Positions 1 to 9,307 of a stretch of DNA of 63,207 nucleotides are shown here, in pieces (the first letter of the stretch is position 1; each line of letters opens with the position of its first letter). The DNA is from a virus. Its lineage: Duplodnaviria > Caudoviricetes. Both the position numbers and the translations under genes were made by a program. The stretch spans positions 1 to 63,207 of the IMG/VR virus record IMGVR_UViG_3300019458_000036; one strand, 5' to 3'. Under the pieces are notes generated by a model. The model was not told the origin of the DNA. It saw only the letters and a list, made by a program, of their open reading frames with translations, and did not search any database.

Positions 1-249
1 CGCCGCAGTCCCGGTGGAGTCCGCCGATGTATCTTGCCACGTGCCGGACTTCGCCTTGCTACCCGAGCTCGCGGCCGCCATCCAATCGGACGGCAAGTTG
101 AAGGTCGCGAGCACCGTGCCAGAATCGGCCGCGGCACAGTCAGCCGGCTGCGCGCCCGTACGGATCTTGAGGATAGCCGAGGTTCCCGCGTCCGTCTCGA
201 TCGCATCGAGCCGCGCGTTGCGAGTTGATGTAGCCAATTGAATTGCCAT
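1..249 (-). CDS. Virion-module protein, runs off the left edge (partial)
   Basis: Not in the ORF track. Read by hand: AGGAGA RBS, ATG at 249, MAIQLATSTRNARLDAIETDAGTSAILKIRTGAQPADCAAADSGTVLATFNLPSDW..., open to position 1. Resembles small conserved phage structural proteins. Confidence 0.75.
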   Translation of the reverse strand, partial: MAIQLATSTRNARLDAIETDAGTSAILKIRTGAQPADCAAADSGTVLATFNLPSDWMAAASSGSKAKSGTWQDTSADSTGTAA

Positions 250-258
250 TTCTATCTC

Positions 259-753
259 CTATTGAAAATTTGTCCTGCTATCTGTAATCCTCGTGAGCAG
301 TTTACTGTCGGAATCTTCTGCGTGAAGTTTCGAGTCCAGCCGCGAGTTAGAAGAGGCCGATCCTGGGCGAAATGCTGCAAAAGGCTGTAATTGAAAGTTA
401 GGCGCTGTCCCGTTAATTACGATACCGCCGATCCCGATGTACTCGTCAACATCGGCGTACATCGGCGAGCCGTCCATGACAATTCCACCCGACATGGTAA
501 CGACAGAGAGCTTGCTGACGGCAGCGGTGCCCGCGGTGACGGCACCGTTTGCTCCGGTGACGACAGAGAGCTTGCTAACGGTAGCGGCTCCCGCGGTGAC
601 GGCCCCGCCCGCTCCGGTGACCTCAACAACCCCGGCGGGGTCTTCGAGAGTAATAACGTCCGAGGGATCGTGGCTAGTGAGAGTAGGGGCCCACTGAAAA
701 TCCGCGTGCCAGTTCGTGCGGATGAAAGAGCCGAGAGAGCCTAGGAAGGACAT
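259..753 (-). CDS. Gly/Ala/Thr/Val-rich putative virion protein with internal 20-aa repeat
   Basis: 164 aa. Repeats GAVTAGAATVSKLSVVT / GAVTAGTAAVSKLSVVT. TAATG overlap with the upstream gene. Confidence 0.65.
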   Translation of the reverse strand: MSFLGSLGSFIRTNWHADFQWAPTLTSHDPSDVITLEDPAGVVEVTGAGGAVTAGAATVSKLSVVTGANGAVTAGTAAVSKLSVVTMSGGIVMDGSPMYADVDEYIGIGGIVINGTAPNFQLQPFAAFRPGSASSNSRLDSKLHAEDSDSKLLTRITDSRTNFQ

Positions 754-1862
754 TAACCAGACACCGTGTCGAGATCAATAAAGACATTCGACGCGTTAGC
801 GTTTGACGCAAACTCCAGAAAAGCTAAGCACGCTCCGTCAAAGATTCGCGTCATGCCGAAAGCCGTGTTGACTAGACCGAGCTCCATGGACATGAACGAA
901 GACGGAAAGGGCAGCCAGCTCAGCGGGTGTCCAATGACGAAGCTGATCACGCCCGTGGCCACGGAAGCGGAGCAACGCATCTGAGCGAGATCCATTACCC
1001 CAACGTCACCCGATGCCAGCGGACAGAACCATTGCATCAGCGGCATATCGAGACGATAGGCAATGGCCGCCGCGTTACCAGTCACCACCGGGAGAACCGA
1101 GTTGTCCGTCCCGGCCTGATTACGATAGAGAACTTCGTTTGAACTGCCGGCCACACCCCAGTCATGGGCCGTGCTGGCCAACGCCGTTCCGCCGACTTCG
1201 ATAAATAGGAAATTTCCGCCGGCGTAGTCGGGGTCACTCACTGTCGAGGACTGATAGCGCGTCGGAGCTCCGGTGACTGACTCATTCGTTGACGAGTTCA
1301 TGGTCTTGTCGACCTGAAAGAGGCGGTCATACAGAAGCAGCGTTCGGCCAGCGCTTTCTAGGGCACGCCACCCGATGATGTGTCTGGTGTCCGTGGACAC
1401 GCTCGGAACTATGTAGGCGCCGGTCGTGGAGACAGCCGGAGTCTCCCCGCCGGGGGCCGCGGCCGCTGCCCCGCCTTGCGGCGGAGAGCCGCTGTAGCCC
1501 CAAGAGGTCATAACTGCGCCGGTAGCCGCGGCCACTCCCAGCTTATGCAAGATGATCGTCTCGTTCTTACCCTGCGCAATCTCGGACAGCAGGTCGGCTA
1601 CACCGGAAAATCCCGCATTACAGGTGGAGAGCTGACGTTTAAGTGCTCGTTTTAAGCGATTGAGATACCACTCTGCGCCGCTGCAAAATTGCCCGGCCTT
1701 GATGGATCCAATAAAGTCCCCGTCACCCGTGGCCCAGACGCTACCCGGGGTGTTGCCGACGGCGATCGGCGGGCCGTACCAGCCGCGCATCGATGCCGAT
1801 AGCTCCGCCACTTTCTCCGCGCCCAGCCAGCGCTCGAGCCTATCGGAGTGCGTTGAGCTCAT
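753..1862 (-). CDS. Putative virion protein, paralog 3 of 3
   Basis: 369 aa. Shares STHSDRLERW, WYGPPI, YDRLFQV, PTRYQS, PLASGD and FVIGHPL with the two upstream ORFs. ATGA coupling. Confidence 0.75.
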   Translation of the reverse strand: MSSTHSDRLERWLGAEKVAELSASMRGWYGPPIAVGNTPGSVWATGDGDFIGSIKAGQFCSGAEWYLNRLKRALKRQLSTCNAGFSGVADLLSEIAQGKNETIILHKLGVAAATGAVMTSWGYSGSPPQGGAAAAAPGGETPAVSTTGAYIVPSVSTDTRHIIGWRALESAGRTLLLYDRLFQVDKTMNSSTNESVTGAPTRYQSSTVSDPDYAGGNFLFIEVGGTALASTAHDWGVAGSSNEVLYRNQAGTDNSVLPVVTGNAAAIAYRLDMPLMQWFCPLASGDVGVMDLAQMRCSASVATGVISFVIGHPLSWLPFPSSFMSMELGLVNTAFGMTRIFDGACLAFLEFASNANASNVFIDLDTVSG

Positions 1863-2974
1863 CCCGCCACCGTGTTAACCGTGATGTTCATGTTGTAATT
1901 GCCCGTGCCCGAGAAAAGAACATCCAGGATCGCCAGCGCGGCGTCGTCAAAAACCCTAGGCCGGCCGAAAGGGCGATTGAGATGATCGTGGAATGCAAGC
2001 AGCGTCGCTGTGTGAATGGGCATCCAACACAGCGGATGGCCAATCACGAAATGGATGAGACCGGTAGCTACTTGTGCGCTGCACTGAATGTTAGTCCAAG
2101 CTTTAATGCCGCGGTCCCCGCTAGCCAGCGGAGCGTACCACTGGCCCACTGGGTGATCCAGCCTGCGGGCAGTGCTCGACGCGTTCCCGACCAAGTCCGG
2201 CAACGTGGAAGCATTACCGTCCTGATCCTTGTAAGTGCAAGCTGTCCAAGTGTGCGCCGTTGCCGCTAAAGCCGTTGTTCCTGTCTCGACAAAGCCGAAG
2301 TTACCGCCTATGTAGTCAGCGTCGCCCGGTGTCGTTGACTGATAGCGCGTCGGAACACCAGTGACGGACTCCGCCGCGGCAGAGTTCATGGTCTTACTAA
2401 CCTGAAACAGACGGTCATAGAGCAGAAAAGTCTTACCTAACAAACTACAAGTTCCCCATGAAGAGACAACGTGCCGAGTGTCGGGCGACACGTTGTCCAT
2501 GGCCGGCGCACCTACGCTCGCGTCCGTGGTGGCGTCCCCTCCGGGAGCCGCTGATGGTGTAGGAGCGATGGTAGGATAAGAGTTAGTCTGCCAGTGGCTA
2601 GCAGTTCCACCGGCGGGAGCCGACATGGTTAAAATCTCTTTCTCCCACTGAAACAAGCGCTGCTTTCCGCCCGAAGTGGCCTCGCTGATGATGTCCGAGA
2701 GCGAGCTAAACCCGGCGTTTGCCCGGCTCAGCTGACGCCTCGAGGCGTTACGAAAGATTCTTCCGAGTCGCATCAGCGACCAATCAAGGCCGCTCAGGAA
2801 CTGCCCGCCTTCGATAACGCCGACGAAGTCGCCGTCGCTCGCTGCATAAACGTTCCCCGGAACTCCGCTCAAGATGATGGGCGGGCCGTACCAACCACGC
2901 ATCGCTGTAGAGATGCGCTGAACTGCCTCGGCGCCGCACCAGCGCTCGAGCCTGTCAGAGTGCGTGTTGCTCAT
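1859..2974 (-). CDS. Putative virion protein, paralog 2 of 3
   Basis: Start moved to MSNTHSDRLERW (ATGA overlap with the upstream stop). Same motifs as its neighbours. Confidence 0.75.
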   Translation of the reverse strand: MSNTHSDRLERWCGAEAVQRISTAMRGWYGPPIILSGVPGNVYAASDGDFVGVIEGGQFLSGLDWSLMRLGRIFRNASRRQLSRANAGFSSLSDIISEATSGGKQRLFQWEKEILTMSAPAGGTASHWQTNSYPTIAPTPSAAPGGDATTDASVGAPAMDNVSPDTRHVVSSWGTCSLLGKTFLLYDRLFQVSKTMNSAAAESVTGVPTRYQSTTPGDADYIGGNFGFVETGTTALAATAHTWTACTYKDQDGNASTLPDLVGNASSTARRLDHPVGQWYAPLASGDRGIKAWTNIQCSAQVATGLIHFVIGHPLCWMPIHTATLLAFHDHLNRPFGRPRVFDDAALAILDVLFSGTGNYNMNITVNTVAG

Positions 2975-4110
2975 CCCGCCACCAGATGAACGGCCATCGT
3001 CGGAGTCGTAGCTCCGCCCACTTTGCGCCTGAGCCACGCCAGCGCCGCCCCGTCAAAAACACGAGTCAAATTAAAAGCCGTGTTGATGTTATCTGTAAGC
3101 CCCGCCGCGTAGGCCACAGGTTGCACTGCCCAAGCTAGCGGGTGACCGATCACGAAGTTGATCACGCCCGTGGCCACGGCGGCCGAGCACCGCATTCTCG
3201 CCAAGTCCATTACCCCGGTGTCTCCACTGGCAAGCGGCATGAACCACTGCTCGCCGGGGTTGTCTAAGCGGCGCACGGCAGCGTTTGCGTTGCCTGTAAC
3301 CACCGGCAATGTCTGGCTGTCCGTTCCCGCCTGGTTGCGATAGAGGCACTCGTTACCGCCTGCTACTCCCCAGTTGTGCGCGGTGTTGGCGAGGGCCGTA
3401 CCGCCTACCTCGGGAAACATGAAGTTCCCGCCGGCATAGTCCCAGTCAGCGGGTGTCGAGGACTGGTAGCGTGTCGGAACTCCGGTAACCGACTCGTTGG
3501 CAGTGGAGTTCATGGTCTTGTCGACCTGAAAGAGACGGTCATAACAGAGCCACGGTGAGTTAATCCCGCTGTCTAAAACCATGGCCGTAACGATGAAACG
3601 AAAGTCCGGGCTACAGTCGGCCATCGCAGGTGCGCCGATCGTTGCCTGAGTCGGGGCTTCGCCTCCCGGGGCCGCGGCCGCGTTAGCCCCGGCCGTGGGA
3701 TGCGGGCCGATGCCCCACAGGCTAAACCAGACCCCCGCAGTTCCGCTTGTCTCGACTTTTTCCCAGTAGAGATTCAAGGACTTGTTACCCTGCGTGGCCT
3801 CAGAAATTAGATCGGAGAGCGAGGTGAAGCCCGCGTTAGCGACACCGAATTGTCGCCGGGCTGCACGGCGCGCAACTCTCGTGACCCAGTTCCACGCCCA
3901 TTCGGTGGCCGAGAGAAACTGCCCTCCGTTGATCCGGCCGTGAAAGTCACCGCCAGCATCCGCCCAGACCGCTCCGTGAACATCGCCTAGCGCGATAGGC
4001 GGCCCGTACCAGTCGCGCATCGCCGCAGAGATAGCCTCAACCCCTGGCGTGCCCAACCACCGCTCCAGCCGATCACTGTGAGTGGAGCGGTGAAACCCGA
4101 TGTTCGACAC
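2971..4110 (-). CDS. Putative virion protein, paralog 1 of 3
   Basis: Likely GTG start just after the stop of 4112..4516. Same conserved motifs as the two downstream paralogs. Confidence 0.75.
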   Translation of the reverse strand: MSNIGFHRSTHSDRLERWLGTPGVEAISAAMRDWYGPPIALGDVHGAVWADAGGDFHGRINGGQFLSATEWAWNWVTRVARRAARRQFGVANAGFTSLSDLISEATQGNKSLNLYWEKVETSGTAGVWFSLWGIGPHPTAGANAAAAPGGEAPTQATIGAPAMADCSPDFRFIVTAMVLDSGINSPWLCYDRLFQVDKTMNSTANESVTGVPTRYQSSTPADWDYAGGNFMFPEVGGTALANTAHNWGVAGGNECLYRNQAGTDSQTLPVVTGNANAAVRRLDNPGEQWFMPLASGDTGVMDLARMRCSAAVATGVINFVIGHPLAWAVQPVAYAAGLTDNINTAFNLTRVFDGAALAWLRRKVGGATTPTMAVHLVAG

Positions 4111-4111
4111 T

Positions 4112-4516
4112 TTAAGCCAGCTCGATGTACGGCGTGACCTTGATCGCATCGTCGTTGTTTACGATGGCGTAAGGCGCACCCGCGAAACGTTCCGCCCAGA
4201 GCAAAATCCCGCTCGACGCCTGGACTACGAAGTAGCCGTAAATGGTTTGACTCTGCCCGCCCGCGGTCGACGTGAAAGACTGCTGGGCGTAACTCGCGTA
4301 ACTAGGATCGCCAGTCGTGAACGACCAAGAAGCACCGGTCAGCGTCAAACTCGCATAGCCCGTGAAATCCGCCACCGTGTAATCGGAAGCGACGTCACCC
4401 TCGGCGGGAGTCACGTTGTTCTTATAGAGCTTCAGGATCACATCTTCTTGCGAGACGTTGTTGAGGATGAGCTTCAGCATCCTCGCTTCGCCTACGTTCG
4501 GTACTAAGAGAGTCAC
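4112..4516 (-). CDS. Small beta-rich virion protein
   Basis: 134 aa, coupled to the portal stop. LKLYKNNVTP...GYAS...TIYGYFV...LLWAERF pattern typical of small phage structural proteins. Confidence 0.65.
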   Translation of the reverse strand: MTLLVPNVGEARMLKLILNNVSQEDVILKLYKNNVTPAEGDVASDYTVADFTGYASLTLTGASWSFTTGDPSYASYAQQSFTSTAGGQSQTIYGYFVVQASSGILLWAERFAGAPYAIVNNDDAIKVTPYIELA

Positions 4517-6219
4517 TTCTTTTTCTCCTTTGAGTGCATCTGGAGCGCCGCGAGGTAGCGTTTCGCCTCCTCGAGCGTTCCGTGCTTTGTCTTACCCACC
4601 TGCGTGCCGGTGTCGGCTTTGATCACCAGAAACTTTTCGTCCCGCTTTATGATCTTGTAGGGGCCTTCATCGTAGGCCACGACGTCGCCCATCCCGACTC
4701 CCGGACCGCCCGCTCCGGGTTGATCACCTAGGGCCGGAGGACCGCCAGCTGGCGGCGAGGGCTCCGCCGGGGCCTCGATGGAGATCTGCTTTTTCTCATC
4801 CTCACTGGTGACGCCCGCGCGAGTCCACCCGCCAACCGTGATGTTGTGGTAGAAAGTCTCGTAGCTGATCGCCTCTGCCTGGAGCAATTGCAGCTGTGTC
4901 TGCAACTCCTGTGGGTTCATCTTGACGGCGAAAAACTCGCGGTTGAGCTGAAAGCTGCACTCGAGGTCCTCGGGCAGCTCAGCGGGTTGCCCCGGAAGCC
5001 ACCACTCGTGCAGGCGAAGAACGCGAGTCAGCGCCTCGCTCACGGTAGCGACCAGAGACCGGAGCGTAGCTCCCTCGCTGGCGTGCCGCATCATGATGGC
5101 GGTAGCTGTCTCAGCCCCAACCGAGGGTTGCTCCTCGAGGAGCCGCGCGCCGAGGATGGCCATCATCTTCCGCTTATCCTGCTCGGCGGTCACGAGGGCG
5201 CCGAGGCCCGCACCGCTGAACTCGAGCATCCCGGCCGAGCCTCCCTTTTCCAAGTCCCAGGCCACGCCACTCCCGATGGTCAGCGGCTCCCCGCTGTCTT
5301 GCCCACGCGCCCCCGATGTCCAAGGAGTGGGTAGGGCCGTAAAGTGGCGTCCGTGCTCGAGGTCCGCCATCGTGCGGTAGTGCGAGATGTTCAGGTCAAC
5401 GAGGTCAACCAGCGGCCCCTTTTGCACGTCGGGCGTGAGTGACGAGACATTGACGAACTGAAACGGAATGCGAGTGAGCACGTGACCGTGCCTCTCAGGA
5501 ACGACTGTCTCGACCTGCACCCACTTGTCGCCCTCGCTCTTTGACTTTCGCCAGCGGTTTTGAGTGTAGACGGGCTTGTTCTCATGGTCAAGCAACTCGA
5601 GCACCAAGTACTCCTCGCCCATCTCGAACTCAAAGGTGTCCTTCTCGCTCTCCTCTTCATACTCCTCACGAAGCACGACTCGCGTCAAGACCTGAGGGTC
5701 ACCGCCGACTCGTTTTACGCTCCACGAGATGATATCCTCCGCACGGTAGCCCGCCCAGTATGGGCGCTGGTCCTCGGGCGGCACCGTCTTTCCGTCCTGA
5801 CCCGCGAGGACGTCGACGAGCACGCCGTAACGCCCCGTCAACAGCAACTCTTGAAAAACACGAAAAGCAAAGACACTCGCGTTGACCCCCGTTAGGGTAA
5901 TGTCAAGGAGTTGCTCCTCCATCGCCTCGGTGGACACCTCAACGGTGGGGTCCTTCTGAAACACGAAGCCCGCGAGCCCGTCCACCGTCCTCGCCGTGGC
6001 GTTGTAAAACAGCGCCCGCTCTACGTAGGCCTGATACTTCGCGTTGAAGAGGGCCGCCGAGGGATTGAAGGTGCCCGTCTGCCGCAGGTGGCTATCCAGC
6101 GGCAGCAGATACTTCGTGGTGGCGGCTTTCACCTTGTCGCTCCCGCCGTAACAGTCGCGGGCACGCTCCCACAGCTTGAGGTTGCGCTGATAGGCTTGCT
6201 TCCTAAAGGTAACGGCCAT
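4513..6219 (-). CDS. Portal protein (DUF4055-type)
   Basis: 568 aa. Motifs YVERALFYNATARTVDGLAG, GRYGVLVD, IPFQFV, LNISHYRTMADLEHGRHFTALP. Lies downstream of terminase. Confidence 0.9.
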   Translation of the reverse strand: MAVTFRKQAYQRNLKLWERARDCYGGSDKVKAATTKYLLPLDSHLRQTGTFNPSAALFNAKYQAYVERALFYNATARTVDGLAGFVFQKDPTVEVSTEAMEEQLLDITLTGVNASVFAFRVFQELLLTGRYGVLVDVLAGQDGKTVPPEDQRPYWAGYRAEDIISWSVKRVGGDPQVLTRVVLREEYEEESEKDTFEFEMGEEYLVLELLDHENKPVYTQNRWRKSKSEGDKWVQVETVVPERHGHVLTRIPFQFVNVSSLTPDVQKGPLVDLVDLNISHYRTMADLEHGRHFTALPTPWTSGARGQDSGEPLTIGSGVAWDLEKGGSAGMLEFSGAGLGALVTAEQDKRKMMAILGARLLEEQPSVGAETATAIMMRHASEGATLRSLVATVSEALTRVLRLHEWWLPGQPAELPEDLECSFQLNREFFAVKMNPQELQTQLQLLQAEAISYETFYHNITVGGWTRAGVTSEDEKKQISIEAPAEPSPPAGGPPALGDQPGAGGPGVGMGDVVAYDEGPYKIIKRDEKFLVIKADTGTQVGKTKHGTLEEAKRYLAALQMHSKEKKK

Positions 6220-6242
6220 GAAACCTCTCCCTAAATTATACC

Positions 6243-7523
6243 CTACTGCCGGTTTCTACCCGCACACCAGCCTTTTACCGAGTCCCAGTCCTTCCCCTCA
6301 CCTGGCTGGCCCTTGAAGTCCTCGCGGTACTTGTGGGCCTGCGCGAGGTGCGCGTCGAGCCGGCTTGAAAAGTTAGACCACTCAGCCTTCTTGACGTTGA
6401 CGCGGTCCGCGTACTTCGGATGTGGCTGCATGAGCTTCAGGAGGATCGGCGGTCCCTCCCCGTCGAGGTCGAATCCGACCGAGGCGAACTCCCGAATCTC
6501 GACGGCTGACGCCTTGAGCGGGTTCCCGTTGAAGCAGTCTCCGCAGTTCTGGAGCAGGTAAACCCAGTCCCGGGCGCCGGCCCAGATGTTCTCTTGAAGT
6601 TTGGCCATGGTATCGTAGATGAGCTTCCCCGGCGTATCCTGCGTGCCGGCCCTCGCCTTCGTAACCCAGAGCGCGGCGCCGGACGGCGGTGGCACATGCG
6701 GAATGTCCTGCGGTGGCGGCAACTCGGCGCGCCGGCTCCAGATAAGGTGGTGTGCCTGGCGTATCGCGAAGCTCAAAGACCGAGTTCCCGAGGGCCGTTC
6801 CCACGAGAACATCTTGATCGCCAAGAGCCGAGTCCCAAAGAGCTCGACGGCAACCTCGGCCCCGAGGAGTTGCACTTGTCGAAGCGTTCTCGTGTTGATC
6901 CACCCGCCATTGCGCGAGTATGCCTGGAGAATCACCACAAGCCTCTGCTCGGGTAGCGTGAGCCTCGCTGCCTGCTGCCGAAGTTGATCTACCAAGATGC
7001 GCCGCAGTGTCTCCGGCGATTCGTTCTGCCAGCGAACATCCACGTAGGCCTCGAGACCCACCCAGTCGAGCTCCGGCAACCGGGCCTCGTCCTTCAACTG
7101 ATAGGAGAAAGTTGCGCCGACGGGCGGCGCCGAGAGGTTCTCGCTCGCCAGATGCTCTTGCACCTGCAACGCGCATCGGCTGGCCAAGAAGGGCGAGGGC
7201 TCGTCGGCCACGTCGACGAGGGCCACGCTCCGCCACGGGTCCGCCAAGGGCATGGTAACGAAGCGGGCTGACGCCTTGTTTATCTGGCGCCGCCACGTGG
7301 CCGCGTAGCCCATGTCGAGATCAAGGGAGATCGCGCGACCGTGTTTCACGGACCACTTCACGGCGCGGCGCAGGTCACGCAGACCCCGGTCGATCGAGAC
7401 AGAGTCAAACTGCCGCCAGAGGTAGACATCGAGGTCAGTCCACTCCTTCACCTCGGCTTGTCGCGGCTCCTTGCACCAGCGGTCGCCTGCCGTCACGTAA
7501 TAGCCGAACAGAAACTTGCTCAA
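6243..7523 (-). CDS. Hypothetical protein, possible glycoside-hydrolase-like TIM barrel plus C-terminal domain
   Basis: 426 aa. DVADEP and LDWVGLEAY recall clan-A glycoside hydrolase strands. Pro-rich linker precedes the C-terminal domain. Confidence 0.4.
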   Translation of the reverse strand: MSKFLFGYYVTAGDRWCKEPRQAEVKEWTDLDVYLWRQFDSVSIDRGLRDLRRAVKWSVKHGRAISLDLDMGYAATWRRQINKASARFVTMPLADPWRSVALVDVADEPSPFLASRCALQVQEHLASENLSAPPVGATFSYQLKDEARLPELDWVGLEAYVDVRWQNESPETLRRILVDQLRQQAARLTLPEQRLVVILQAYSRNGGWINTRTLRQVQLLGAEVAVELFGTRLLAIKMFSWERPSGTRSLSFAIRQAHHLIWSRRAELPPPQDIPHVPPPSGAALWVTKARAGTQDTPGKLIYDTMAKLQENIWAGARDWVYLLQNCGDCFNGNPLKASAVEIREFASVGFDLDGEGPPILLKLMQPHPKYADRVNVKKAEWSNFSSRLDAHLAQAHKYREDFKGQPGEGKDWDSVKGWCAGRNRQ

Positions 7524-7534
7524 ACCCGTCCTCC

Positions 7535-7771
7535 TCAGTCCCAGACCAGCCCCAAGCCGTCGACGAGCTCGCGCAACTTTGCCCTCGCCGCGTCTACCTG
7601 CACCGTGTCGATGTCCTCATACTTTTGCAGAGCGCGCAGCCAGTTGTCCATGTCTTGGTACGCGCTTCTCCACTTCCACGCCGAGATGGCTTCGATCGCG
7701 TCATCCGCCGTCTCAAACCCGATCCAGTAGTGGTATGGCCCGGGTCGCGGTGCCTTGTACACCTTGCTCAC
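7535..7771 (-). CDS. Hypothetical protein
   Basis: GTGA overlap with the upstream ORF; sits in the operon. Confidence 0.5.
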   Translation of the reverse strand: MSKVYKAPRPGPYHYWIGFETADDAIEAISAWKWRSAYQDMDNWLRALQKYEDIDTVQVDAARAKLRELVDGLGLVWD

Positions 7772-7983
7772 GGAAAAGCTCCCCGCCAAACGACGTTGAG
7801 CCAGTCCGGCAAGAGCGGGTCCCCTGTCCAAGTCGTGTTGCACGAGGTACAGACATGAGATGACTCAGGCGAGATGTACGGAAGTGGAGCTCCGCAAGTG
7901 CAGACAACGTCCCACGCGCGCTCCCGCTCCTCCTCGATGAGCTGCTCCTCGGTCCTCAGGCCATCGCGGGTTATCAGAACCAT
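7768..7983 (-). CDS. Small zinc-ribbon protein
   Basis: MVLITRDG...CTCG...CTSC, with GGAG upstream of the ATG. Confidence 0.5.
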   Translation of the reverse strand: MVLITRDGLRTEEQLIEEERERAWDVVCTCGAPLPYISPESSHVCTSCNTTWTGDPLLPDWLNVVWRGAFP

Positions 7984-7999
7984 CCTTGCTCCATGTAGC

Positions 8000-9307
8000 T
8001 CACCGGTTCCAAGGAATATCGGTCCACCCGTCACCCGCCAGGCCGGCGATCGAGTGAAAGTTAGTGGCGCACTGCCCGGCACGCTGTCCGAGGCACGCGT
8101 CGAAGTGGGCCTGTATCCTGGCCGGGTCGCATGTCCGGAGCCCGGCGCAATTGTCCCCGAGCTCGTTGAAGGCAACCGTCTCGCCGAAGTACACGAAGCC
8201 GCCGTTGGCCCGGATGACGGCATCGAGAAAGCCGCCGTCGTTCACTCCGGGGTCAAACGGGCGGCCCTTGGTGTTGCGGCAATAATGAAAGTTAGCTGGC
8301 CAGGCGCTGATGTTCTTAAACCGGTACTCGTACGTAAAGTCGCCCGGGCAGATGCTGTCGTCGGTGGTCACGTAGCGGACGCCGTTTCCGCGAAACATGT
8401 CGACGTCGATTCGGACATCGTTCTTACCGTAGCAGTGAGGCCCCCAGCCCCGCCCTCGGCACTGATCCATCTCGTTGATCACCTCGACGGCCACGTTGCG
8501 ATACTCGCGAACCACTCCCGCAACCTTTGCCGCCCACTCGTGCTGCTGCGAGACCGGCACGGGACCCTTCAGCGTGCAGTTGGCCACGACGATCACCTGC
8601 GCTCCGGGAATCCTGGCGACGGTGTCGAGAACATGATTGAGCCTATCGAGGTCCCTTGGCACCCGAAGGTATGGCCAGTCGCCGCCCCAGAACTCGGTCT
8701 CCGCACACAGGCGCCGGGTGTTGATACCGCGCGAGAGCATCAGCTGCGTTGACTCGTAGATCTGCCGGTCATCGTGGCTCTCGTCGAGAGTAGCGAATGC
8801 CGAAAAGGACGCCAGCCGGTCCCAGCTGAAGTCCGCGTCTACCCGCGGCCCGAGCCACGGGTCTACGGGGATCGTGGTGGTCGTGGTTACAGGCGTCGGG
8901 CCGGTAGGCCCGGTGTTCTCGCCGCACGCCGCTGCAATCAACACGCAAAAAGGGACAATCAACGTAACTTTTCGCAAACGCACTGCTACTCCTCTCGTCC
9001 CATGACCAGAAACCGCCGAAGGGCCGCCGAGCTTGCTTTCCTCGCGGAGTCGATGTTGCCGATCCAATACAGCCTTGAACTCCCGACTCAGCGTCTCGGA
9101 AGGCTTCTCGAATCCGCGGCCCGCATCGAGAAGTTTCTGGTCGATTATGCGAGCCTGGTCGGCAAGCATGGCGCTTTCATCGTTGAACTCCTTTGGCGTC
9201 AAAGATCCGGGATCTTCCACGCTCACCTTGAAAGCCCGCGACTCGCGCGCGGATGCCTCCGACGCATGCCCACTCGCGATGCCCGATGGCTTGAATGCGC
9301 CGCCCAT
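8000..9307 (-). CDS. Putative lipoprotein with glycoside-hydrolase-like domain; internal start at 8983
   Basis: GAGGAG RBS before GTG at 8983, then basic/hydrophobic signal peptide with lipobox IAAAC, a PT-rich linker and a VEVINE motif. The frame is also open for 108 codons upstream. Confidence 0.55.
   Translation of the reverse strand: MGGAFKPSGIASGHASEASARESRAFKVSVEDPGSLTPKEFNDESAMLADQARIIDQKLLDAGRGFEKPSETLSREFKAVLDRQHRLREESKLGGPSAVSGHGTRGVAVRLRKVTLIVPFCVLIAAACGENTGPTGPTPVTTTTTIPVDPWLGPRVDADFSWDRLASFSAFATLDESHDDRQIYESTQLMLSRGINTRRLCAETEFWGGDWPYLRVPRDLDRLNHVLDTVARIPGAQVIVVANCTLKGPVPVSQQHEWAAKVAGVVREYRNVAVEVINEMDQCRGRGWGPHCYGKNDVRIDVDMFRGNGVRYVTTDDSICPGDFTYEYRFKNISAWPANFHYCRNTKGRPFDPGVNDGGFLDAVIRANGGFVYFGETVAFNELGDNCAGLRTCDPARIQAHFDACLGQRAGQCATNFHSIAGLAGDGWTDIPWNR

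Noticed and set aside
3780-3880. Type IV prepilin cleavage site at basic...G/F in the paralogs
   Set aside because: The residues after GF are polar (TSLSDLISE), with no hydrophobic pilin helix or Glu at +5.
753-4110. Diversity-generating retroelement acting on the paralogs
   Set aside because: There is no reverse transcriptase and no near-identical template/variable repeat pair differing only at adenines.
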